From contig NC_086381.1 of the NCBI RefSeq assembly GCF_036588685.1, positions 17,298,001-17,362,000 on the forward strand: a DNA stretch of 64,000 bases. The letters run 5' to 3'. The notes under the pieces were generated by a model that was not told the DNA's origin, searched no databases, and saw nothing but the letters and a program-made list of their open reading frames with translations. Below are positions 38,101-51,041 of the stretch, in pieces. The position numbers and the translations under genes are program-made. Numbering within the stretch: the stretch's first letter is position 1; each line of letters starts with the position of its first letter. Source of the stretch: Mytilus trossulus (lineage: Eukaryota).

Positions 38101-38612
38101 ATCATATAACACTGGCCATTTCAAACAAGGAAACTTAACATAAGGAAAAGAGGAATTGTTAATACAGAAATTTCAGTTTTAAACTGAACTGTATGTAATA
38201 GTGGGCTTTCGTTTGTTTTATTATTCGACTGATTTGCATTTTAAAACCTGCAGCTTGTTGATTAAATTTATTTTACATCAACAAGTTTTGTGTATTCATA
38301 TGTGTGTCCCTTTCAAAGTTGCCTTAAAAATCCATCACATTCAACCGAATTGAACAAAATCATTAAAAACACATAATCTATCGAAAACATCAAAGGCGCT
38401 TTTTATAATCTCCAAACAATGAAAATGATTCCATGATTTTTATATGTTTTACTACAAAGTTTTATGATTAGTTCTACAAGTGTTTAAGAAACTTAAAAGG
38501 AAAAAAATATCACTTACTAGAAAGGATGAAACAATATTTAACGTTTTTCTGGAGTTTGCCTGTAACACTAGTAGCTCTTGATTTGTTGTTTTGAGTGTGA
38601 ACCTAAATCTAC

Positions 38613-39594
38613 TCCTGGTTGTCTCTATGTGCTGTTGTCATCCTTTTTGTGTGTATGTGCTGTTGTTATCCTGGTTGCCCGTATGTGCTGTTGTCATCAT
38701 GGTTGTCTATATGTGCTGTTGTCATCATGGTTGTCTATATGTGCTGTTGTCATCATGGTTGTCTGTATGTGCTGTTGTCATCATGGTTGTCTGTATGTGC
38801 TGTTGTCATCATGGTTGTCTGTATGTGCTGTTGTCATCATGGTTGTCTGTATGTGCTGTTGTCATCATGGTTGTCTGTATGTGCTGTTGTCATCATGGTT
38901 GTCTGTATGTGCTGTTGACATCATGGTTGCCCGTATGTGCTGTTGTCATCATGGTTGTCTGTATGTGCGGTTGTCATCATGGTTTTCTGTATGTGATGTT
39001 GTCATCATGGTTGTCTGTATGTGCTGTTGTCATCATGGTTGTCTGTATGTGCTGTTGACATCATGGTTGTCTGTATGTGCTGTTGTCATCATGGTTGTCT
39101 GTATGTGCTGTTGTCAACATGGTTGTCTGTATGTGCTGTTGTCATCATGGTTGTCTGTATGTGCTATTGTCATCATGGTTGTCTGTATGTGCTGTTGTCA
39201 TCATGGTTGTCTGTATGTGCTGTTGTCATCATGGTTGTCTGCATGTGCTTTTGTCATCATGGTTGTCTGTATGTGCTGTTGTCATCATGGTTGTCTGTAT
39301 GTGTTGTTTTCATCATGGTTGTATGTATGTGCTGTTGTCATCATGGTTGTCTGTATGTGCTGTTGTCATCATGGTTGTCTGTATGTGCTGTTGACATCAT
39401 GGTTGTCTGTATGTGCTGTTGACATCATGGTTGTCTGTATGTGCTGTTGTCACCATGGTTGTCTGTATGTGCTGTTGTCATCATGGTTGTCTGCATGTGC
39501 GGTTGTCATCATGGTTGTCTGTATGTGCTGTTGTCATCATGGTTGTCTGCATGTGCGGTTGTCATCATGGTTGTCTGTATGTGCTGTTGTCAAC
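38613..39594. repeat. 28-bp minisatellite, about 35 copies
   Basis: Unit TGTATGTGCTGTTGTCATCATGGTTGTC repeated head to tail with few substitutions. Confidence 0.97.
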
Positions 39595-40324
39595 CTGATT
39601 GTGTAAGAGCTGATGTTACTCATAATATGGTTCTCTGTAATAGTATTCAAAGTTGCATTCCTGTGATTCTTTAAATCCATGAAATTGATTGTACAAACAA
39701 AATCGAAATCCTAGGGAAATTCAAAAAGGCAGGCGTCTATAAACCCTGACATATTCAAACGTTACTTAATATAAACCAACGGATGCATGGAAGACAACTA
39801 TCATAATGCTGACATGGTTCAGCCTTTTTCTGGAGAAAATGACGGGTTAACCAGATTTTATCATTACTTCAACCTCCGACTTGCATGCAAGTTGTTCGTA
39901 TATTGACAAAAATTGGGCGAGCAACTCATGCAGACATAATTGGATAATGTAACTTATACTTAGGACCCAGCAGCTAAAACTGTGTAAACATACATAACAA
40001 ACATACTAAACACATTATTTAAAAACCAGTTGTTGGCATGTCACGGGTTACGTTCTTCTCATATATGTAATGATGGTATGATACTAAACCCCTAACGGGA
40101 AGAATTGGGCCTGGTATTCATATGATGGAGACATAATCTTTCAATCATTTTAATTGAAGTCTGATAGCTGGCATATCAGTTAAATGCTAGTAGTCTGTTG
40201 TTATTAATGTATTATTGTCATTTGTTTATTTTCTTTGGTTACATCTTCTGACATCAGACTCGGATTTCTCTTGAACTGAATTGTAATGTGCATATTGTTA
40301 TGCGTTCACTTTTTTTCATTAACC

Positions 40325-40605
40325 TGTTTAACCCCGCCGCATTTTTGTGCCTGTCCCAAGTCAGGAGCCTCTAGGCTTTGTTAGTCTTGTATTATTTTTA
40401 ATTTTAGTTTCCTGTGTACAATTTGGAGTTTAGGATGGCGTCCATTATCATTAGTATATATTTGTTATGGGGCCAGCTGAAGGACGCCTCCGGGTGCCGG
40501 AATTTCTCGCTGCATTGAAGACCTGTTGGTGACCTCTGTCGTTGTCTGTTTTGTGGTCGGGTTGTTGTCTCTTTGACACATTCCCTATTTCCATTCTCAA
40601 TTTTA
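40325..40605. repeat. SINE-like dispersed repeat
   Basis: GC-richer block; CCTGTCCCAAGTCAG matches in reverse CTGACTTGGGACAGG near 41277; ends TTTCCATTCTCAATTTTA. Confidence 0.5.
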
Positions 40606-41024
40606 TACACCACCACTGTTTAAAATTTCATACAAACACAAATAAATTTGATACAGACGCCATCAACATGTTGGTTAATTTTGAATCTGAATAGCAATCT
40701 GAGTGTAGGTGATAGTGCATACAATAATGCAGTACTTCAAATAATAAAGGCAAAAGTAGCATACCGCTGTTAAAAAACAAATGTGCCTACAATCTTGAGC
40801 ATAAGTGAAATCGTTTTTTTTTTTTAGTATTTGCTAGTGGTCGTTATAAAGATATACAGATCCAATCATTATCTTATGCATTATTGTGGAGAGTTGTCTC
40901 ATTTGCACCACATCTTTTTTTTATAATTAGGCAATATTAGGTCAAAAAGCAAGTCATGGTTTTTGAGATAGTTCAAGTATGGCACTATTGGAATACAACA
41001 TTTGGAGATATTTATTTAAAAAAA

Positions 41025-41325
41025 GGAAGATGTGGCAGGATTGACCATGTGAAAACTCTCCACAAGAGACTAAATAATACAGAAATTAACAAATATAGGT
41101 TACTGTACGGCCTTCAACAATGATCTAAGCTCATACCACATAGTCAGTAATAAAATGTTCCGAAATGAAAATGTAAAACAAGTCAATCGAGGAAACGACC
41201 TAACTTATGTACAAAAAATGAACGAAAAACAGATATGTAACACATAAACAAACGACAACCACTGAATTACAGGCTACTGACTTGGGACAGGCCCATATAT
41301 ACATAATTTGGCGGAGTTAAACATG
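41025..41325 (+). repeat. SINE-like family R2
   Basis: Aligns to 57478-57725 (CCACAAGAGAC..CAGAAATTAACAA..GGCCTTCAA..CATAAACAAACGACAACCACTGAATTACA). Confidence 0.65.
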
Positions 41326-41885
41326 AATAACTCTCAGAAGAGTATACTTCCTATTATTTCTATATAACAGTACTCTGTCGATATTGCTGCTGATAGACAG
41401 CTTATCTGAAAGAGTATCATAAGTTCAGTGGGCAGTGCTTTGGTACTTTCATGATTTGCAACATACCATTCTTATTATCTCAGTTTATAAACAAGTTCTA
41501 AAAACAAACAGAAACTAAGGTCAAATCTCTAGTAGGTTAATTCGACCTTATGTGGATTTGGCTTTTCATTCTTGACCCTAGTGTATTTAGGTTTTTGTAC
41601 ATATCCTGCTTAAGAACAGAAAATTGCTACAAATGCAACAAATTTATATTGTTATTCTTACTTCAAACTTGCGTGGGAATGTATTCAAATGTCAATATGA
41701 AGGATGTACTGTTACAGACAAGTTTGGTAAAATCATTCATAAAGTTGTTGCTTACACAATTTCTTATTGACCTTTTGCTACACCAACTACAACTGAAAAC
41801 AAAATTCACAGCATAAATTATCGCCTTGCTGATATAAAGTCGCGAGGAAATAAATCTCTATTAGATTATACCTAACTTTTCAATA

Positions 41886-42126
41886 ATGTATATCCCTTTT
41901 GATAATCCGGTATACTTCTGGGTTAAATTTACCTTACTTTTCGTAGGAACACTATTTAACAGCATTTTTCTGAGGATCTCAACAAAAAATTCAGCACGTC
42001 GCAAGTTGACTGATTTAACCATTGTTGTTGCTTGTTTAGCAAACACATTGAAGGGCATCTGCATCCTTGTTTCTTCTGTTATTGGACAACATATATCGAA
42101 CAATATAGATTTCCTCAACGGCACAG
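41886..42126 (+). CDS. Divergent 7TM GPCR-like receptor, paralog B, coding exon 1
   Basis: MYIPFDNPVYFWVKFTLLFVGTLFNSIFL; phase-1 donor G|GTAAGC at 42126/42127, same position as paralog A. Confidence 0.8.
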
Positions 42127-42471
42127 GTAAGCATGGAAATAAATTTACTGACTCGCGAACAAATAACGTAAAACAAACATGTAAAGGAGAAATTTTAAGC
42201 AGAAACTTGTTTTGTATGTAATTGTTTTTACAATTTGTATAACTAATTATTCAGAACATGTTTGCGGACAGAATATGGAAATGAAAATTATAAAAGGAAG
42301 AATAAAAGACAATCTATTGTATACTTAATTAATGAATATAAGTATCATAATAATAATCAAGACATCAAATAGTATATTAATTTCTTCACTAGCTATATTA
42401 ATATGTGTATAGCAAAATCCTAGATATTTGCATGGTCATACAATAAGTAAAACCAGTTTTTTCTATTTCAG

Positions 42472-43613
42472 AGACAGCGAATTTCTTTTTCGATGGCATA
42501 CACACGTGGAGTATTTTGATACTAAATGTATATCGTTACAAGCTATTGGAAAAACTCACTTCATCTAATGATCAAACGAATGACAAGAACTCTTCCAAAA
42601 TTAGCCTCCTTTTTTCAATAGTAATCATGAGTGTTTTCTCCATTGCATATGCTGTGAATCTATGGGTAAACAAATTTTCTGATTCGACAAATACTATAAT
42701 TCGGGTCTTAAACTTACTAGGCAAAGACGCCGCTTTTATGATATCTATCATTTTAAACATCGTTACAATTGCTGGTTTATACAAAGTCCGAAGTAGGAGA
42801 TATAATTCAATCAGCCCTTTAGCCAGGACATCAACATTTCCAAATGACCCAAAGAGTTCTATTTTACTACGACAATTCATGTTATCGTTGATTTTTCAAG
42901 CCTTTTTTTACATTGTTCCTGGTATCTTACGCATCACATCTGAATTTATAAATCTTAATTGGGCTTTGAAGACAGACTCCAATGCGTTATATTCATTTTC
43001 CGAGATATTGCTTGTGTTGTTTACGCCTTGCGCATTTGGAATTCTCGCAGAACCAAGGAGAGGCTACCTTTTAGAACTGTTTTGTGTGAGAAAATCTTCT
43101 GAAGGCGTTACTTATGTGTCTACTGAGAGAAGAAATACACAAAATGTAGGAGAAACACCAGGACAGTGGAATTGCAGAACGATTCAACTCCCTGAGATAG
43201 CAAGTAACTTGGCACAATCAACTGAACTACCATTGGATGTTACCACCATGGTGACAGATACTAAAATACAGGGGAGAGATATTAAACGACAGTATCAAGG
43301 TAGACAATATTTAACAGATATTAACATGAAGAATGGTACTCCAATGGCATATTCTTTAAAAAGATACATTAAAAAGAAGCAATCAACCGATATGAGCATT
43401 ATCGGTGACCAATCTGAAACAAGTTTTTTTGGGTCATTCTCAGATATTTCTAGAATACAGGGAACTATTCCGATACCGGGGATGCAAGTATCTTTTGTAG
43501 ACACCAATCAGCGAAGAGGACGATCCATCTCCACAGTTATTCAACGTCCACCGTCATTTCCATCACTGATGCAACGACCTTCGTCCGTGGCCGACGTACT
43601 TTCTATAATTTAA
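42472..43613 (+). CDS. Divergent 7TM GPCR-like receptor, paralog B, coding exon 2
   Basis: Acceptor TTTCAG|AG gives ETANFFFDGIHTWS, in frame with ORF 42516-43613; spliced CDS 1383 nt (460 aa); NVYRY, FYIVP, TPCAFGILAEPRRG shared with paralog A. Confidence 0.85.
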
Positions 43614-43668
43614 AAAGATTGATTGGCGTTGATTGCTGTGAAGTTCCTTAGAACTGTTGTGCAAATTA

Positions 43669-44206
43669 AGAGATAACTGTATTGCATTTGAAGCTTTAAG
43701 GACGTCCATCGGTAGTTTTACTGTCGCAAATTTAGTTTACCTGGCGACGCGGAGCGGAGACAGGTAAACGGGTATTTGCGACAGTATAACTACCAATGGA
43801 CGTCCGAAAAGCTTCAAATACAATACAGTTATCTCTATTCTAATGCAAAACAAGTTTATAATTAAATTTCTATCATTATTTCGGTGTAAAATCTTCATAA
43901 AAGAAAATTCCGCGAAAAGATGTTATCTTCTTTGGTCCCTACACGTCATAGGTATGCTTCCGTCGTCAAACATAAACACCGGGCGTTTTCTGGCTTCTGT
44001 GCCGCTTCAGAATGCAATAAAATTTGATAAAAAGAAGATTTTTAGACGCAACAATTGAGTTTTTTGTTTATTATTGTAGAAATAACATGTCAATATATTC
44101 CGAAATTCAAAATGTCGGCTTCCTTAGTTACAGACAAGGAGATAGAGAATTTTACGCTTGCTGTCATCCAATCAGAACAATTGTTACAAAATAATTGCAT
44201 TAGAAT
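43669..44206. mobile_element. Second long-palindrome element with short IR-bounded body
   Basis: Hairpin 43669-43836 (arms about 75 bp, AGAGATAACTGTATTG / CAATACAGTTATCTCT), then ATTCTAATGCAA (43837-43848) inverted at TTGCATTAGAAT (44195-44206). Confidence 0.65.
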
Positions 44207-44289
44207 TTATAATGGTTTACTTTAATAAATTGTTATTTGGATGGAGAGTTGTCTCATTGGCACTCACACCATATCCTCCTATATCTATA

Positions 44290-47200
44290 AGACATTCTAC
44301 ATTTGTTTTTATACTTATTTATTAAGAAATATACAATTAACAATGATAGTTTAAATATTTGTTTTTTAAATGTTTGTGGACTTAAGAAAAGACTATTGTC
44401 TCCTGATTTCATTGACATTTTGCTTGAACATGATATCTGTATTTTTGTTGAAACGATGTTAACTGATTTAGATAATTTAAACTTACCAGACGATTTTATT
44501 TATGTCACAAAAAATGGAAAAAAAATTAAAAAAGCATCAGGTGGAATAGTTGTTATTTATAGGAAGAGTTTAGAAAAAGAGTTGAATTTCTATAATACTG
44601 AGAGTCAATTTGTTTTATGGTTTAAACTTTCGAAATCAATTTTGTCACTTAATTCAGATGTAGTTTTTGGTTGTGTTTATGTACCACCTGAAAATTCTAA
44701 GTATTCTACTATAGAAGCTTTTGAAGAATTGGAAAATGAATTGAATATCCTTACAAACACTGAAAATAGTTATATTGCCTTAGTCGGCGATTTTAACTCA
44801 AAAACTGGGTCTTTACCCGATTATATTATACCTGATGAGTCAGTTGTTAGTATGTTTGATTTAGATTGTGATGCTGATATATTAGATTATTTGTATGATT
44901 ATGAGAATCTGACTCGAAACAAAATCACCTTACAAAGAGTGTCTCAGTGTACATGTAGACCTAATTAGTATGGTCATAGACTGTTAGAGTTGTGTAGAAA
45001 AAATAATTTATGTATTGCAAATTCAAGAGTTGGATCAGATAAAGATATTGGGGAGAAAACATGTAACGATTCAAGTGTTGTTGATTATTTAATTATTTCA
45101 TCAATGCTCTTCCCTTTGATTGTTTATTTTGAAATTGCTGACTTTATACCGTTATATTCTGATTGTCATTCTTTTATAAATTTTAGACTTCAGGCCACAT
45201 TTAGTAAATCAGATTCAATTGTTATCAACAATAGAAATGATAAAACTTTTGTCAGGTGGAAAAGTGAACAGAAATCTGAATACGTTGATCGAATTCACAA
45301 TGATCCTGAAGGTATTTTGACCACTGTTATGAATAAACTGGACGAATTGTCCGTAAATAATGATGCAACTCAAAATGATATAAACAATATAGTTTTAGAT
45401 ATCAGCAAAAATTTTAAAGATGCGGCAGCAGAAACGTTTGGGAAGGTAAATAAACATAAACATTTTTACAAACATGAAAATTCATAACCTTGGTTTAATA
45501 GAAAATGCTCGATGAGTAGAAAAATTTTTCATAAAGCTCGAAAGAGATATAGTTTTTTGAAAAATGCTGAAAACAGAAGTAAAATGAGACAAGCTAGTAA
45601 AGAACATAAAATAACATTAAATAAATCTTTTGCAAACTATCAACAGAGAGCTGCTGATGAGTTGCGTAACATTTCTAAAAAGGACACAAAAGCTCTATGG
45701 AAAATCCTTAATAATCTAAATGATAGTAAAAAAAAAGATAACAATGACGATATATCTCTAAAAGCATTGTATGATCATTTTAAAATACTAAATGAAACTG
45801 TTGAGACAGAAAATGATTTCGAACAAGATTTGGAATTTGATACTCTATCAGACGATGTTGAGTTATTTTTAAACAGTCCAGTAACAGAAGATGAAATTAA
45901 AAAAGTTGTTTCAAACTTAAAAAATGGCAAAGCTTCAGGTAGTGATGAAATTTTAAATGAGTATATAAAGAATACAATTGACGATTTAAAGCCAATTTAT
46001 GTTAAGCTATTCAATTTGATTTTAGATACTGGAATTGTTCCAGACAGTTGGTCTAATGGAATCATGATTACTATATTTAAAAATAAAGGATCAAGATCTG
46101 ATCCCGAAATGTACAGTGGAATCACTTTGAATTCTTGCTTTAGTAAAACTTTTTCTGCTATGTTGAATTACAGGTTAAATAATTATGCAGATCACGTAGA
46201 CCTGATTTCAAAGTCACAAGCAGGTTTTCGTAGAGGATTCTCTACTGTTGACAATATATTTGTATTGTATTCTTTAATTACTATATATTTTTCATTTGGT
46301 AAGAAGCTATTTTGCACTTTTATAGACTTTAAAAGCGCTTTTGACACTGTATGGAGGTCAGGATTGTGGCAAAAAATGCAAAAATCAAACATTAAAGGTA
46401 AACTATTTAATGTGATCTATAATATGTATCAAAATATAAAAACATGTGTCAAGAAAGGAAATGAATTTTCCGAATTTTTTATATCTCATACAGGAGTAAA
46501 ACAAGGTGAAAATCTATCACCTTTTTTATTATCTTTGTTTCTAAATGATTTAGAAAGTTATTTTGTGGAAAATAATATAGAAAGTCTAAATAATATTTCA
46601 AAGCTGTGCTTGGAATCATTGGAAATGTATGTTAAATTGTTTATTATACTGTACGCAGATGATACTGCGCTATTGTCTGAAAGTGCAGAAGGATTACAAA
46701 AAACCCTTGTATGTTTTGAAGAATATTGTAAAAAATGGAAGCTTAAGATTAACACAAGCAAAACCAAAGCAGTGATTTTTAGTAAAAGGAAAGTAAAACG
46801 AAATCAGAATTTTATGATATATGGTGAAAAAATTGAAATAGTTGATTCCTACTGCTACCTTGGTGTACTTTTCAATTACAACGGTAGCTTTTGTACAGCA
46901 CGAAAAAAACTTCTTGTTCAAGCACAGAAGTCTTTGTATGCTCTATACCGAAAAATAAAAAATATGTGTATTCCCGTCGATTTGCAGCTTAAACTTTTTG
47001 ACTCATTGGTTAGTCCTGTTTTATTATATGCTTCAGAGGTATGGGGATTTGAAAATAAAGAAAGCATTGAGAAAATACACCTTCAATTTTGCAAAAACAT
47101 TTTGAAATTAAGAAGCAGTACACCAAATTATATGGTGTATGGGGAACTCGGAAGATTCCCTTTGGAAACCATTATTAAACGTAAAATGGTGTTGTTTTGG

Positions 47201-48022
47201 AATAACTTGTTATCGGAAAATAACAAGTTATCTTCCATTATGTATAAATTAATGCTCAAATTACATTTTCAAAACCCCACAAAATTTAAATGGATTACGT
47301 ACGTTAAATCCATATTTGACGAAAATGGAATTAGTTTTATTTGGCAAAATCAACTTCCATTGGATAAACTGGGATTAAAGAACATTATTTCACAAAAACT
47401 GAATGATCAATTCATCCAACATTGGTTTTCACAAATGAATAACTCTTCAAGAGGTGCATTTTATTCATTTTATAAAGAGGAATTTCGTTTGGAAACCTAT
47501 TTGATAAAGTTGAAGCTGTGTGACAGGATTTATATGGCAAAACTCAGATGTTCAAATTTAAAAATTCCTGTAGAAACGGGAAGATGGTCCGGAATACCAA
47601 AAAATGCACGAATTTGTCATCTTTGTGGAAATGGAATAGGGGATGAATTTCATTAACTTTTTAAATGTCAAAAACAGGAAATAAAACTGCTTAGAAATAA
47701 ATATATTCCACAATATTATACTGCAAATCCAACGGAGTACAAATTGAAACAGCTTTTAACATTTTGTCATGTAGAACTTTACAAAAACTTAGCAATATTT
47801 TTAAAAATTCTTACACGATACTTGTGATTTATGTTGGTTTTTAGTTGAAAGTTATGGTAGTTTGTAAATTGACATTTGCTATATTTTCTCATGTATGTAG
47901 CATTATTATGTTTAGTGTGAATGTATTGAGTACAAACATGTGTATACGTGTATATATGATGTCCTCTTGTACACCTATGTGTCTGAGGTTTATTAATAAA
48001 GTATTGTCTATTATTGTCTATT
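44290..48022 (+). mobile_element. Non-LTR retrotransposon (LINE) with APE endonuclease plus RT ORF2
   Basis: ORF2 below, 3' UTR, AATAAA at about 47995 and short TATTGTC tandem tail; 5' boundary approximate, no TSD found. Confidence 0.9.
44303..47827 (+). pseudogene. LINE ORF2 (endonuclease-RT) in one frame with three in-frame stops
   Basis: LNVCGL, ET, GDFN, VDY, SDCH endonuclease motifs; QAGFR, DFKSAFD, GVKQGENLSP, YADD, YLG RT motifs; ORFs 44303, 44990 and 45512 share a frame, stops at 44968, 45487, 47656, natural stop at 47827. Confidence 0.92.
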
Positions 48023-48830
48023 AACTGTTATAACAATTATCTATTCAATAAAACTTAGATTTAACTTTTTTTTTTGTCAACACCTATCTTCACATTCAAC
48101 GTTGGACCTTCAGGGTACAAAATTAAACTTGTTGTGATATTTCCACTTATAATTATTCGATAAATAGACAAATTTCTAATTAATGTTTTTTATAGATGCA
48201 TCCTTCTGTACTATACAGTTCTACAAATTTAGTTTTAAATCGATATTGAATCATGCATGGAAAAACGGGTTTGGACCAACCTATAAGGGAACAAAGATTC
48301 TGTTATGAGGAGCATCTAAATTGCACGCATAATCCCTTACACCAAACAAAGCTGAACTATTGGTATAAGTATTTGGTAAACAAATCAAAACAATAAAAAC
48401 CTAAAATTGTCTAATGAATCATTACAGTGAGGTCAAGGTCCGATGATACCGACAAGACAGACATGTTGAAGTTGCAAGGAACTTATATATAAAACATAGT
48501 AATACAACAACTCAAAGAAGTGAGAAATTCACATAACAAAAAAAGGCTGAACCGTGATATGAGGTCAAGTATAATGAGCAGCCGGAAACTTCGTCGAATA
48601 AGGTATATGCATACAAGGTATGAAGCATCCATGTTTTTCCTTCTGAGATATAAAGCTTTACACAAATGGTTTACGCTACGCCAACATATAGTAATATATG
48701 TGTCTCGCATACTGCGATTTCCGTCGGGCGCAGGCGTGCCAACAACTATAAAACACATTCAAAATTCTAAATTACCATTTTCATTTTAGTGTCAAAATAT
48801 AAGTATACCTATTATTTTGGGCACTCAAAG

Positions 48831-48867
48831 CTGAGACTACTATAACTATGTGTTATAGTAGTCTCAG
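48831..48867. mobile_element. 37-bp perfect hairpin insertion with 7-bp target-site duplication
   Basis: CTCAAAG | CTGAGACTACTATAAC-TATGT-GTTATAGTAGTCTCAG | CTCAAAG. Confidence 0.75.
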
Positions 48868-49038
48868 CTCAAAGGAAAGACAGGCAAAAAGCGAAAACAG
48901 TAACCATGACCAATGGTACCAGAATTTTGATGCAACAAATTGTGGGTTTAAAAGATCACTTGTTCCCTCCGTTTAATTATAAAGAGAATAAGAGTAACTG
49001 CTATAATAAAACAAGTTGAACTTATCAAAAACAAAGGC

Positions 49039-51003
49039 AACCAGATGCTTCGCAGGGCGTAGCTTTATACGACCGCAGAGGTTGAACCCTGAACGGTTGG
49101 GGCAAGTATGGACACAACATTCAAGCTGGATTCAGCTCTAAATTTGGATTGTGATTAAATAGTTGACACAGCATAGGTTTCTGACACAGAATGAATGTGT
49201 TCTAATGAACTTAAAATTTTTGTTTTCTCTTAGAGCAATTCACTATGCTGTTCAATATTAATCCTCTCAAAAAAATGTTTGAAGAAATTTTCTTTTTATT
49301 TATGAAATTTCATATGAGAAAAATTGAACCCAATTTTTTAATCACATCCCCCTTTCCCTTATTCCAAAACTAATCTCAATTAAAATATTCTAATGGAGTT
49401 TGCAACAATAACTACTCATTTAAATACATCATAAAATATTAAGATGTAAAAAAAAATGCTTGTTATCACTGAATGGTAAAGATTATTTAAATTTATCAGT
49501 TGGTAGTAAAAAGTGAATATACATTGTATATTGTATATAACAAAGATTTAAGTTGATTCTGGACAAAGAAAGATAACTCCAATTAAAAAAAAAAATTTGC
49601 AAAAAGATATTTCTTGCTTACTATTTTGGACAAAGAAAGATAACTCTAATTAAAAAAAAATTTGCTATTTCACAATATTGTGAAATTAGATATTTCTTGC
49701 CATTGCACAATACTGTGCAATTGAAAAGACTTGCTATTGCACAATACTTAATATAATAATTTTAGATCCTGATTTGGACCAACTTGAAAACTGGGCCCAT
49801 AATCAAAAATCTAAGTACATGTTTAGATTCAGCATATCAAAGAGGCCCAAGAATTTAATTTTTGTTAAAATCAAACTTAGTTTAATTTTGGACCCTTTGG
49901 ACCTTAATGTAGGCCAATTTGAAAACGGGACAAAAAATGAAGAATCTACATACACAGTTAGATTTGGCATATCAAAGAACCCCATTTATTCAATTTTTGA
50001 TGAAATCAAAAAAGTTTAATTTTGGACCCAGATTTGGACCAACTTAAAAACTGGGCCAATAATCAAGAATCTAAGTACATTTTTAGATTCAACATATCAA
50101 AGAACCCAACCGATTCATTTTTTGTCAAAATCAAACTAAGTTTAATTTTGGACCCTTTGGACCTTAATGTAGACCAATTTGAAAACATGACCAAAAGTTA
50201 AGAATCTACATAGACAGTTAGATTCGGCATATCAAAGAACCTGAATTATTCAATTTTGATGAAATCAAACAAAGTTTAATTTTGGACCCTTTTGGTCCCT
50301 TTTTCCTAAACTTATGGGACCAAAACTCCCAAAATCAATACCAACCTTCCTTTTATGGTCATTAACCTTGTGTTTAAATTTCATAGATTTCTATTTACTT
50401 ATACTAACGTTATGGTGCGAAAACCAAGAAAAATGCTTATTTGGGTCCCTTTTTGGCCCCTAATTCCTAAACTGTTGGGACCTGAACTCCCAAAATCAAT
50501 ACCAATCTTCCTTTTGTGGTCATAAACATTATGTATAAATTTCATTGATTTCTATTTACTTAAACTTAAGTTATTGTGCGAAAAACAAGAATAATGCTTA
50601 TTTGGGCCCTTTTTTGGCCCCTAATTCCTAAACTGTTGAAACCAAAACTCCCAAAATCAATCCCAACCTTTCTTTTGTGGTCATCAACCTTGTGTCAAAA
50701 TTTCATAGATTTCTATTAACTTAAACTAAAGTTATAGTGCGAAAACTAAGAAAATGCTTATTTGGGCCCTTTTTGGCCCCTAATTCCTAAAATGTTGGGA
50801 CCAAAACTCCCAAAATCAATACCAACCTTCCTTTTATAGTCATAAACCTTGTGTTAAAATTTCATAGATTTCTATTCACTTTTACTAAAGTTAGAGTGCG
50901 AAAACTAAAAGTATTCGGACGACGACGACGACGACGCAGACGACGACGCCAACGTGATAGCAATATACGACGAAAATTTTTTCAAAATTTGCGGTCGTAT
51001 AAA
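49039..51003 (-). mobile_element. Helentron-associated element (HINE-like) with internal tandem arrays
   Basis: Subterminal IRs TTTATACGACCGCA (49064-49077) / TGCGGTCGTATAAA (50990-51003), terminal stem-loop, (GAC)n tract, about 245-bp x2 and about 152-bp x4 internal repeats. Confidence 0.75.
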
Positions 51004-51041
51004 AAGTAAAATCACAAAAATACTGAACTCCGAGGAAATTC

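Noticed and set aside
38613-39594. Possible CRISPR array
   Set aside because: Units are contiguous with no unique spacers, no cas genes, eukaryotic context.
38578-39674. Cys/His-rich ORFs up to 342 aa resembling metallothionein or keratin-associated proteins
   Set aside because: They are translations of a 28-bp minisatellite in all three frames.
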